Part shown: piece by piece, positions 1 to 7,598 of the stretch
How the letters are laid out: each line of letters begins with the position of its first letter
How positions within the stretch are numbered: the stretch's first letter is position 1
Virus record (IMG/VR): IMGVR_UViG_3300049172_000078
Span: 1 to 40,870 of that record
Length of the DNA stretch: 40,870 nucleotides
Source: a virus
Lineage: Duplodnaviria > Caudoviricetes
Strand: one strand, 5' to 3'
Position numbers and translations under genes: made by a program
The notes under the pieces: generated by a model
Told to the model about the DNA's origin: nothing
Seen by the model: the letters and a program-made list of their open reading frames with translations, nothing else
Database searches by the model: none

Positions 1-1
1 C

Positions 2-70
2 ACCCGCACCGTCCACCCCCGCTGCGAACCCCAACTCGCCACCACCGACCACGGAAGGCACAGCGCATGA
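2..70 (+). CDS. 3' end of an upstream gene (probably the C-terminus of the replication initiator starting at 40153)
   Basis: Frame 2 reads TRTVHPRCEPQLATTDHGRHSA*; stop overlaps the methylase start as ATGA (67-70). Confidence 0.55.
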   Translation, partial: TRTVHPRCEPQLATTDHGRHSA

Positions 71-735
71 CCACGCTGCCCGCCAGGCCCGCCAACGGCC
101 TCACCCTGCTCGACCTCTGCTCCGGTGCCGGCGGACTCTCCATGGGCTACTACCTCGCCGGGTTCGATGTCGTCGGCGTCGACCTCCACCCCATGCCGAA
201 CTACCCGTTCGAGTTTCACCAGGCCGACGCCCTCGACTACCTGGAGCGCATAACCCGCACCGGGGAGATCGAGCGCTACAACCTCGTGCATGCCTCGTGG
301 CCGTGCCAGAACAGGGCCCGCGTCACGGCCTGGCGAGGCAGTCGCGAGAACCACCCCGACCTCATCACCCCCGGCAAGAAGTTGCAGGAAGCCTGCGGCC
401 AGCCCTGGGTCATCGAGAACGTGCCCGAAGCCTCATGGGACGGGACGCTGCGCCCGGACTACATCCTGTGCGGTTCGCAGTTCGGGCTGAAGGTCCGTCG
501 ACACCGCGTCTTCGAGACGTCCTGGCACGGCGGCGGGGAACTGCTCTCCCCCTGCTGGCACCCCAAGGGCGCCCGAAAGCTCATGTCGTTCGAGCACAAG
601 GACGAACGCGCCTACGCCAACGCCATGGGCTGCACCTGGATGACCAACAAGGAAGCCCGCCAAGCCGTACCGCCGGCCTACAGCGAGTGGATCGGCCGCC
701 AGTTCCTCGCTCTTCAACTCGACCAAGCCGCCTGA
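67..735 (+). CDS. DNA (cytosine-5) methyltransferase, short phage type
   Basis: Motif I DLCSGAGG, catalytic SWPCQ, motif VI ENV, RxHRxF and C-terminal AVPP. Confidence 0.88.
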   Translation: MTTLPARPANGLTLLDLCSGAGGLSMGYYLAGFDVVGVDLHPMPNYPFEFHQADALDYLERITRTGEIERYNLVHASWPCQNRARVTAWRGSRENHPDLITPGKKLQEACGQPWVIENVPEASWDGTLRPDYILCGSQFGLKVRRHRVFETSWHGGGELLSPCWHPKGARKLMSFEHKDERAYANAMGCTWMTNKEARQAVPPAYSEWIGRQFLALQLDQAA

Positions 736-782
736 CCAGCACCGCCGACCAACCGCCCGAGAACCAACCCCCGGGGAGCGCC

Positions 783-1397
783 ATGACCACCCTCGCCGAA
801 CTCACCGCTTCGACCCCCGGCCTGCCCTGCCGCACCACCGACCCCGAACTCTGGTTCAGCAAGAGCAGCAGCGAACGGGCCCTCGCCCAGGCGTTGTGCC
901 GTGAGTGCCCGGTCCGGACGGCGTGCGCGCAGTACGCCCTCGACAACCCGGAGCTGAAGGGCGTGTGGGGCGGCACGACGGCCGCGGACCGCCGGTCGTT
1001 CTGGGATGGCCGGCCGTGGCGCTTCGACGAGCGCGGCCGGTTGCGGCTGGAGTGTGGGTCGGTGTCGGCGTATCACGCGCACTTCACGTACCGGGAGCAG
1101 CCGTGCGGGGCGTGCGCCGCGGCGTTCGAGGAGCAGCTGCTCGCCGAGCGTCGCCGGCGCCTGGGCGTCGAGCACGCGAAGGGCGGCTCGACGACGGGCT
1201 ACCACCTGCATCGGCGGGTTGGGGAGCCTGCGTGCGCTCTGTGTCTGGGGGCGATGCGGGCGGCGTCGGCTGCTGCGCGCCGCAGGAAGGCGGGGCGGGG
1301 GCTCCAGCGGGCGCGTGCGGCGTCCGGGGCCCCCGCGTCCGCCGAGACCGTGAACGGCGCTCCTGCGGCCGTACAGCCCCTCGCGCTCGCCGGGTGA
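783..1397 (+). CDS. whiB: WhiB-family (Wbl) transcription regulator with C-terminal extension
   Basis: C...DPELWF...CxxCPVxxxC...GVWGG signature; GGGGAG RBS before ATG 783. Confidence 0.92.
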   Translation: MTTLAELTASTPGLPCRTTDPELWFSKSSSERALAQALCRECPVRTACAQYALDNPELKGVWGGTTAADRRSFWDGRPWRFDERGRLRLECGSVSAYHAHFTYREQPCGACAAAFEEQLLAERRRRLGVEHAKGGSTTGYHLHRRVGEPACALCLGAMRAASAAARRRKAGRGLQRARAASGAPASAETVNGAPAAVQPLALAG

Positions 1398-1495
1398 CCG
1401 CCGTGATCGCCGTCCTCGCGTTCGTCGCCCTCGTCGTCATCACCGCCGGCCTACCCCTCGCCCACTGGTCACACCAGCTCTGGAGGCTCCGATGA
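1394..1495 (+). CDS. Small single-TM membrane protein (33 aa)
   Basis: GTGA and ATGA overlaps with neighbours; hydrophobic VIAVLAFVALVVITAGL. Confidence 0.55.
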   Translation: MTAVIAVLAFVALVVITAGLPLAHWSHQLWRLR

Positions 1496-1842
1496 CCCGC
1501 CACCTCACCAACGCCCTCGCCGGGCTGTACGCCCTCACGGCGGTCGGCATGCTCCGCTGCGCCCTCCTCAGCCACGGCCGCGGCGACGTGCCCCACACGC
1601 TGTTCTTCGCCGGCGCCGCTGTCCTCCTCGCCACCGCGATCGGCCACCACGCTTACCACCGCGACGAACTCCGCGCCGCCCTCGCCCGCCTGGAACGCGC
1701 CGCCAGACCACCCGACGCCCGCACCCCGGCCGAGGACGCCGCCGTAGCCGTCGCCATGGCGTGGTGCTGCGACGCGTGGTTCCTCACCGCCGGCACCGAC
1801 CACGACCGCGCCACCTGCACTCGGAAGGACCAGACCACATGA
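1492..1842 (+). CDS. Hypothetical membrane protein
   Basis: Two hydrophobic segments, C-terminal CC..W..H..C; coupled start and stop. Confidence 0.7.
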   Translation: MTRHLTNALAGLYALTAVGMLRCALLSHGRGDVPHTLFFAGAAVLLATAIGHHAYHRDELRAALARLERAARPPDARTPAEDAAVAVAMAWCCDAWFLTAGTDHDRATCTRKDQTT

Positions 1843-2642
1843 GCCAGCCCAGCCACGACGCGCGGGCCGTCGTCCGCGCCGCCGACGCGTTGACGACGCA
1901 GGTCCGACGCATCGCCGACGCCCTCACGACACCCGTCGTCGAGCAGGTGGAAGCGAGTGACGACGACCCGACGACGGGCGTCCGCATCCCGATCCCCGGC
2001 ATTCAGGAGTGCGGCCCGGCCTGCTTCTGCCGCCGGAACGACACCGAGCAGCAGGCACCCACCGCCGACGAGGACCAGCTGCGCGCCACCCGCCGCGAGT
2101 CCGCCCGTGTCATCCTCGACCGCGCCGCCCGCGGCATCGCCCTCCGCAGCGACGAGTCCGCCCTGCTGCGCCAGCACTTCGAGGCCGAGACTCGCGAGCA
2201 CGACACCGCCCGGTCCGTGGCCTGGTCGAACCTGCGGCACGTGAAGACGATCGTGCCCGAGCTGGAGAACGCCGACCGGATCCGGGCCGAGGCGCAGCGC
2301 GACCGCGACCAACACGCCGCTGTACTCCGCGAGATCCTCAGCCGCTTCACCCCCGCGCTGGTGAACGGGAAGTACGCGTTCTACCAAGCCGAGCAACCTG
2401 TGCCTGTCGAGGAGCTGGAGCGGTGGCGCAGCGTGCTCGCGCCGACCGTCGAGCGGCCGTGGTGGGAGACCGTCGCCGAGGTGCGCGGCGAGTTGGCCGA
2501 GGCGCAGGCCGCCATCGAGCGCGTGCGCGAGGTCGCCGACCGATGGGACCTCGACGCACCGCCGCCCGGGAACCGGCCCCTGACCGAACTGCGCGCCGCC
2601 CTCGACGTCACCGAGCAGCCCACCACCACGGAGGCGCCGTGA
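1839..2642 (+). CDS. Hypothetical protein
   Basis: AAGGA RBS, ATGA overlap, GC3-rich codons. Confidence 0.75.
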   Translation: MSQPSHDARAVVRAADALTTQVRRIADALTTPVVEQVEASDDDPTTGVRIPIPGIQECGPACFCRRNDTEQQAPTADEDQLRATRRESARVILDRAARGIALRSDESALLRQHFEAETREHDTARSVAWSNLRHVKTIVPELENADRIRAEAQRDRDQHAAVLREILSRFTPALVNGKYAFYQAEQPVPVEELERWRSVLAPTVERPWWETVAEVRGELAEAQAAIERVREVADRWDLDAPPPGNRPLTELRAALDVTEQPTTTEAP

Positions 2643-2800
2643 TCCCCCTCGTCCTCACCGCGCTCTGTCTCCTCGGCGTGCTCTGGTGCGCCCGGGACAC
2701 CGCTCACTCCCGGCGCCGCTCGGAGGCCGCAGCGCAGCGCGCACAGACGGCCGCACGCCGGGCGGAAGCCGCGGCCCGCGCCGCCAAGGGGTTGGAGTAA
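2639..2800 (+). CDS. Small membrane-anchored coiled-coil protein
   Basis: GGAGG RBS, GTGA overlap, N-terminal TM then Ala/Arg-rich helix. Confidence 0.6.
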   Translation: MIPLVLTALCLLGVLWCARDTAHSRRRSEAAAQRAQTAARRAEAAARAAKGLE

Positions 2801-2880
2801 GTCGGCATCTGGCCGGGAACCACCCGCTACGCCCCCACGTCCCCAACCACACCACCAGCACGACCAGACCAAGGAGCACC

Positions 2881-3057
2881 ATGAGCTTCAGCGAGGACTA
2901 CCAGAACGCGACCAACGAGGCGACCCTCGCGCTGCTGGAGAACATCAAGGAGGCGGCCAAGGAGAGCAGCAAGCTCAACCCTGGGAACCGCGCCGAGGCG
3001 CTGAACAACCTGGCCGAGGCCTACGCCCGGGTTACGAACCCGGCGCAGCGGCACTGA
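2881..3057 (+). CDS. Hypothetical protein (58 aa)
   Basis: AAGGAG RBS, typical codon usage, followed by a hairpin. Confidence 0.75.
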   Translation: MSFSEDYQNATNEATLALLENIKEAAKESSKLNPGNRAEALNNLAEAYARVTNPAQRH

Positions 3058-3070
3058 TCGACGCAGGCCA

Positions 3071-3114
3071 GACGCCCCGTCACTCCGTCCGACGACGGCC
3101 GGTGACGGGGCGTC
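3071..3114. terminator. Bidirectional terminator between convergent genes
   Basis: 13-bp stem GACGCCCCGTCAC / GTGACGGGGCGTC. Confidence 0.7.
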
Positions 3115-3121
3115 GTCACGT

Positions 3122-3379
3122 CTACGACGCCCGGTTCTTCCCCGCCGCGATCTGGCCGGCCGTCTCCCCGGTGACCTTCATCCGCTCACCGATCGCCCGG
3201 TACGTGTGCCCCTGATCCTTCGCCGTGCGCACCGCCTGCTGCCGCACGTCCGCCACGAGCCGGTGCAGCTCGGGCCACTCGCGCAGCAACTCGGCGCAGG
3301 CCGCCGCCCGGTCCATCGCGTCCGGGATCGCCTCCAGCGCCCGCAGCGCCTCACGCACCCGCTCGACCTCACTAGCCAC
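3122..3379 (-). CDS. Small HTH repressor (Kor-like), divergent from the membrane-protein operon
   Basis: GGAGGT RBS, GTG start; C-terminal GHTYRAIGERMKVTGETAGQI helix-turn-helix. Confidence 0.75.
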   Translation of the reverse strand: MASEVERVREALRALEAIPDAMDRAAACAELLREWPELHRLVADVRQQAVRTAKDQGHTYRAIGERMKVTGETAGQIAAGKNRAS

Positions 3380-3424
3380 CCACGCCACCTCCCGCCCGGA
3401 GAGTAGGGCTGCACAGACACCCGC

Positions 3425-3463
3425 CCAAGGGGTACCCTCTGGAATCCAAGGGGTACCCCTTGG
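3425..3463. promoter_or_regulatory. Tandem 18-bp palindromic operators
   Basis: CCAAGGGGTACCCTCTGG (3425) and perfect CCAAGGGGTACCCCTTGG (3446), 21 bp apart, in the divergent intergenic region. Confidence 0.75.
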
Positions 3464-3571
3464 TCGCGTCACGACGGGCCGACGACGCCCGACGACGCCC
3501 CACAACTGAAGCGAGCCCCGCCGGTGTGCGACCACCGAACGAGGCTCTGACCACAGGAGACGAGACCTCCC

Positions 3572-3781
3572 ATGGCTGAACGCAGCGTACCCAACCCCGC
3601 CCGAGACCGCGCCGTCCAGGACGCCGTCAACGCCATCGCCGTCTACACCCAGGCCATCAACGACTACGGCCGGCACAGCGCCGAGGCCGAGTCCGCGCAC
3701 GAGGCGGCCAAGGACAAGACCCGCGAGGCCCGGGCGCTCGGCGCCGTGGACGCCGACTTCGTCGCCACCCGCCCGGCGTGA
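3572..3781 (+). CDS. Hypothetical protein (69 aa)
   Basis: ORF with typical codon usage, coupled to the next gene. Confidence 0.7.
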   Translation: MAERSVPNPARDRAVQDAVNAIAVYTQAINDYGRHSAEAESAHEAAKDKTREARALGAVDADFVATRPA

Positions 3782-4569
3782 CCGCGATGAAGACCAAGGA
3801 CACCGCCACCAGCGGGCTCGGCCTGGCCGTAGGCGCCGCCGTCATCATCACCGCTATCACCGGCATCGCCTTCTGGCTCAGCTACCACCACCTCCACGAC
3901 GTGGCAGCCCGCAACGGCCTCGGCATGGACCCCGCCCGAGCATGGGCGTGGCCGGCGGTACTCGACCTCTTCTACCTCGCCGGTGAGCTGCTGATCCTGC
4001 GCGCCTCGTACCTGCGCACCGTCGACCCTTGGGCCATCGCTCTGACCGCCGTCGGCGCGATCGGCTCCATCGGCCTCAACGTGGCCGGCGTTGGCGCAGG
4101 GGCCGGGCTACTGGAGTACGTCGTAGCCGCCGTGCCTCCGGTGGCCGCGCTGCTGGCGTTCGGTGCGCTGATGCGGCAGCTGCACGTGTGGTTCGCCCGC
4201 CGCGCCGAGACGACGACGCAGGCCGCGCCCGTCGTCACCGTCGAACGCGCCGAGGAGCAGCCGACACCCGCCGTCCCCCCGAAGCCCGAGCAGCCGCCCG
4301 CGCTGGAGCCCGCCGAGGAGCAGCCCGAGCCCGAGGAGCAGCGACCCGAGCGACCGGCCATCGTCTACCGGGACCCGCGCTGCGCCGCGATCCGCCCGCT
4401 GTACGACGACGGCGCCCGCCCCGGCACCGCCGCCATGCGAGACGCACTGATCGCCGCCGGGTACGGCCGCGTTGGGGACTCGACGATCCGAGGCGTACTG
4501 CGCGCTGAGGTCGAGGAGCACGAGCCCGCCCTCGCCGACTACCCGCCGGCCATCGGCCGCACCGCGTAG
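3778..4569 (+). CDS. DUF2637-like (Spd/transfer-associated) membrane protein with C-terminal HTH-like domain
   Basis: FWLSYxxLxxxA...AWAWPAVLD...SIGLNV...AAVPPVAAL pattern, 4 TMs, Pro/Glu linker; start 3778 or 3787. Confidence 0.75.
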   Translation: MTAMKTKDTATSGLGLAVGAAVIITAITGIAFWLSYHHLHDVAARNGLGMDPARAWAWPAVLDLFYLAGELLILRASYLRTVDPWAIALTAVGAIGSIGLNVAGVGAGAGLLEYVVAAVPPVAALLAFGALMRQLHVWFARRAETTTQAAPVVTVERAEEQPTPAVPPKPEQPPALEPAEEQPEPEEQRPERPAIVYRDPRCAAIRPLYDDGARPGTAAMRDALIAAGYGRVGDSTIRGVLRAEVEEHEPALADYPPAIGRTA

Positions 4570-4575
4570 GCCGCC

Positions 4576-4719
4576 ATGCTCGCCGTGTTCTTCGCGGGCT
4601 CCGCCTTCCTCGGCCTGTTCGGCCTGTGCGCTGTCGCGCTGCACGACGTCCCCCGCATCACGGGGACCGTCGCCTTCATCCTCACCCTCGCCGCGCTCGG
4701 CGTGGCCGTCCTCCGCTGA
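4576..4719 (+). CDS. Small two-TM membrane protein (47 aa)
   Basis: MLAVFFAGSAFLGLFGLCAVALHDVPRITGTVAFILTLAALGVAVLR; below the ORF-track length cutoff. Confidence 0.65.
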   Translation: MLAVFFAGSAFLGLFGLCAVALHDVPRITGTVAFILTLAALGVAVLR

Positions 4720-4727
4720 AGGACTCC

Positions 4728-5234
4728 ATGAACTTCGTGACGTATGGCGGCGTGACCGTCGGACTGCTGATCCTCGCCTACCACCTCACCGCCTGGTGGC
4801 CCGGCCTTAAGGCGCTTCAGTCCAGCCCCGCCCACCACGCCGCAGCCCTACTCCCGTTCCTGTTCGCCTGGTCCTATGGCGTCCTCGCTGTGCTCGGCAT
4901 CGGCGGACTCGTCGGTTGGGCGGCCGACACAGCACTGTGGATCTCCAATTGGTTGGGGGACGTCGCCCTCGTCTGGGGCATCGGCGGCCAGTCCGGCATC
5001 CGCGCGTCCGGCGTCACCTACCTGCCGCTCACCCAAGCCGGTGGCGGCATCGTCCTCATCCTCACCGCCGTCATGGTCGTCCTGGCGAGGAAGCCGCGGT
5101 ACGGCTCGGACATCAAGCGCGGTTCCTGGTGCGGCGTCTGTCTCGGCACCTCTGCGGGGGTGGCTGGGTTCGCTGCGGCCCCGCTCGCGGTCGCCGTCAA
5201 CTGGCTCGGCAACACCGTGTACGGGGCGCTGTGA
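4728..5234 (+). CDS. Multi-pass membrane protein
   Basis: AAGGA RBS; several hydrophobic helices. Confidence 0.75.
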   Translation: MNFVTYGGVTVGLLILAYHLTAWWPGLKALQSSPAHHAAALLPFLFAWSYGVLAVLGIGGLVGWAADTALWISNWLGDVALVWGIGGQSGIRASGVTYLPLTQAGGGIVLILTAVMVVLARKPRYGSDIKRGSWCGVCLGTSAGVAGFAAAPLAVAVNWLGNTVYGAL

Positions 5235-5605
5235 TGGCCGCCCGGAAGAAGCGCCGCGCCCCCATCGAGGAGCCGGAGCAGCGCAGCGCGGCGGCCGGCG
5301 GCTGCGTCCTCGTCGTGCTCGGCGGCGTGCCCCTCGCGGCCCTGTGGGCCGTGTCGGACGTGGCCGGTGTCCTCGCCGTGTGGGTGGTGGGCGTGGCCGC
5401 GGTGTGGTGGTCGGCGCGCCGCCGCGTGTCCGATTCGTCCGCCACTCCCCCACAGGGGCAGGAGCCCCCCTCTGGCGACGTTTACGCACGTGAGACCACG
5501 CGTGTACGCGAAGTCCGCAAGGGCCCGGGGGAGGGGTTGACGATCTTCCCTGAGATCGAGCACGTCACCGACCAGAGCAGCGTCGGGGAGGTGAACGCGC
5601 GATGA
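5234..5605 (+). CDS. Membrane protein (two TM)
   Basis: TGATG coupling; hydrophobic core GGCVLVVLGG...AAVWW. Confidence 0.7.
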   Translation: MAARKKRRAPIEEPEQRSAAAGGCVLVVLGGVPLAALWAVSDVAGVLAVWVVGVAAVWWSARRRVSDSSATPPQGQEPPSGDVYARETTRVREVRKGPGEGLTIFPEIEHVTDQSSVGEVNAR

Positions 5606-5706
5606 TCCGTCGTCTCCTCGCCGCCCTCGGGTACGAGCAGCCGCCGCTCGACTACTGCCCCAACTGCGCCGGGCACTACCCGCCGAGCCACTTCCCCTGC
5701 ACCTGA
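5602..5706 (+). CDS. Tiny Cys/His peptide (34 aa)
   Basis: GGAGG RBS, ATGA overlap; MIRRLLAALGYEQPPLDYCPNCAGHYPPSHFPCT. Confidence 0.5.
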   Translation: MIRRLLAALGYEQPPLDYCPNCAGHYPPSHFPCT

Positions 5707-5741
5707 CCCGCGTTGTCAGTACCACCCGAGAGGATCCACCC

Positions 5742-6188
5742 ATGCGCACCCTGCCCCACACCCAGTACGTCGCGGCCGTCTTCGACGCGCTGACCGAGGC
5801 CGGCATGATGCCCGAGCAGACAGACCCGTTCGTTGAGGACTCCTACGACGTGCCCTACCTGCGCGGCGTCATCACCCTCACCCCGGAGACGTCCGGCATC
5901 CCCGCCGACCGGTACCGGCACGGCCTCATTCTCATCTGGGACTGGCACACCGGCCGCGATGAGGAGTACACCCGGGGCCCCGTCTGGCAGTGGGCCCGCC
6001 TCAACGAGGACGGCTCCAACCGGGACCCGGAGCCACTGCCCGTGCCCGGCTGGGTGATGCCCGCCATGCTCGCGGGGACCGTCGCCACCGTCGCCCACAC
6101 CGGCACCCCGACGCCGATGACCACCGGCTGGCACCAGCACCTGCGCGTCCCTGTCGAGGCCGCCTGTGAGGCGTGGGCCGACCTGTAG
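5742..6188 (+). CDS. Hypothetical protein (Trp-rich, possibly DUF6292-like)
   Basis: GC3-biased ORF; LILIWDW...WQWA motif. Confidence 0.7.
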   Translation: MRTLPHTQYVAAVFDALTEAGMMPEQTDPFVEDSYDVPYLRGVITLTPETSGIPADRYRHGLILIWDWHTGRDEEYTRGPVWQWARLNEDGSNRDPEPLPVPGWVMPAMLAGTVATVAHTGTPTPMTTGWHQHLRVPVEAACEAWADL

Positions 6189-6193
6189 GCCCG

Positions 6194-6216
6194 TTGTCAG
6201 ACCCTCGTCGTACAGT
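6194..6216 (+). promoter_or_regulatory. Putative RecA-ND/PafBC-type DNA-damage promoter
   Basis: TTGTCAG-N10-TACAGT matches the TGTCRG-N10-TAnnnT architecture. Confidence 0.5.
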
Positions 6217-6256
6217 CGCAGACGCAAGCAATCCGCGTCTCTGGCTGTGACGCACT

Positions 6257-6294
6257 CCGGGCCCTCGCCTAAATCCCCAGGGGCGAGGGCCCGG
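6257..6294. terminator. Stem-loop in intergenic leader
   Basis: 13-bp stem CCGGGCCCTCGCC / GGCGAGGGCCCGG. Confidence 0.5.
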
Positions 6295-6347
6295 CCACGT
6301 CCACCGTGCGACACTTCCCCTTCACCACACCACCACAGGGGGACCAC

Positions 6348-6524
6348 ATGCCAGAGATCAAGACCCGGCGGAAGATGGGATGGATCGCCATCGGCTTCCA
6401 TTGGACGATGATGATCTGCACCGTGGGCCTGTGGACGCCGTTCTATCTCGCCGCCCGTCGGCGCCGCGTCACCGTCACGTACATCCCCGAGGGCTACAAC
6501 GGGCCGATCCCGGGACAGCACTGA
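6348..6524 (+). CDS. Small membrane protein (58 aa)
   Basis: AGGGGG RBS; HWTMMICTVGLWTPFY hydrophobic motif followed by an Arg cluster. Confidence 0.7.
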   Translation: MPEIKTRRKMGWIAIGFHWTMMICTVGLWTPFYLAARRRRVTVTYIPEGYNGPIPGQH

Positions 6525-6547
6525 CCGACCAGCGGGAGACTGACCGT

Positions 6548-6808
6548 ATGAGCTACCGCCCCTATCCCGACCCTGAGCGGGCCCGTCGCCAGCTCGACCG
6601 CCACGACCACCCCACCCCGCCGCCGTCCGAGCGTCAGCTGAAGCTGGCCCAGGACGCCCGCGAGGCGCTGGAGGCTGCGGGCCGCACGCTGCGCCCGTTC
6701 CACGACGCCATGTTGCAGGTGGCCGCCAGCGCGCCCGCCCTGCTCGCGCAGTCGGCGCCCACGGCCTCACGGTTCATCGAGGCGCTGAAGCAGCCGCAGC
6801 GCGGCTGA
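6548..6808 (+). CDS. Hypothetical protein
   Basis: GGGAG RBS; MSYRPYPDPERARRQ start. Confidence 0.65.
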   Translation: MSYRPYPDPERARRQLDRHDHPTPPPSERQLKLAQDAREALEAAGRTLRPFHDAMLQVAASAPALLAQSAPTASRFIEALKQPQRG

Positions 6809-6859
6809 CCCGCACCACCGAACGTCCCGTCGACCTGCGTCGGCGGGTCGTCGTCATGC

Positions 6860-6908
6860 CCGCGAATTGCAGCCCCCAAGATCCTGCCCGCCCGAAAATC
6901 CGTACCTT
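6860..6908 (+). promoter_or_regulatory. Putative late promoter element, copy 1
   Basis: 19-bp CCGCGAATTGCAGCCCCCA identical to 12616-12634, followed by TACCTT at 6903. Confidence 0.65.
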
Positions 6909-6926
6909 CCTGCCCAGGGAGGTGAC

Positions 6927-7346
6927 ATGGCGCGGCGGCACGCAGACCACGACATCGGCCTCGTGCGACAGCACGAGGTCGTACGGCTGCGCACCCAAGA
7001 GCGCATGCAGTTCCGCCAGATCGCCGCTCACCTCGAATGCGACGTGAAGAACGTCTACAAGGCGTGGAAGCGCGGCGTCGCCGAGCTGGCAGCGCAGGCC
7101 GCCGAGGCGCACGGCCAGTACCTCGGCGAGCAGCTCGCCAACCTCAGCATCGCCATCGACTGCCTCATGCCCAAGGTCATACAGGGCGACGTCCGCGCGA
7201 ACGAGGCCCTCGTGAAGCTGTTCGACCACCAGGCCAAGTTGCTCGGCCTGTACGCCCCCGTGAAGGCCAACGTCACCGTCACCGACGAGATGCGGGACCG
7301 CATCAGGAACATCGCCGACGAGATCGCACAGCTGGAGGAGACGTGA
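6927..7346 (+). CDS. terS: Terminase small subunit
   Basis: GGAGG RBS; N-terminal HTH, C-terminal AKLLGLYAP; precedes terL. Confidence 0.75.
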   Translation: MARRHADHDIGLVRQHEVVRLRTQERMQFRQIAAHLECDVKNVYKAWKRGVAELAAQAAEAHGQYLGEQLANLSIAIDCLMPKVIQGDVRANEALVKLFDHQAKLLGLYAPVKANVTVTDEMRDRIRNIADEIAQLEET

Positions 7347-7591
7347 CCGAACCCACGCCCGAGCCGCCCGTCGAGGACCCGCAGCCGGAGCCCGACCCGA
7401 ACCCGGAGCCCGACGAGCAGCCCGCGCCCGAGCCGGATCCCGAGGAGCCGCCAGCCGACGAGGAGCCCGCCGCCTGCCCCACGTACCCGAACGACTCGTC
7501 GATCACGTGTGAGCTGGAACCCGGCCACAACCCCCGCATGATCCACCGCCGCGGCACCGGGCCCGATCAGCCGTACTACGAATGGGAGTAG
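7343..7591 (+). CDS. Pro/Glu-rich acidic protein with C-terminal Cys/His cluster
   Basis: GGAGGAG RBS, GTGA overlap; PEP repeats then C..C..GH..H. Confidence 0.7.
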   Translation: MTEPTPEPPVEDPQPEPDPNPEPDEQPAPEPDPEEPPADEEPAACPTYPNDSSITCELEPGHNPRMIHRRGTGPDQPYYEWE

Positions 7592-7598
7592 CTCCGCA

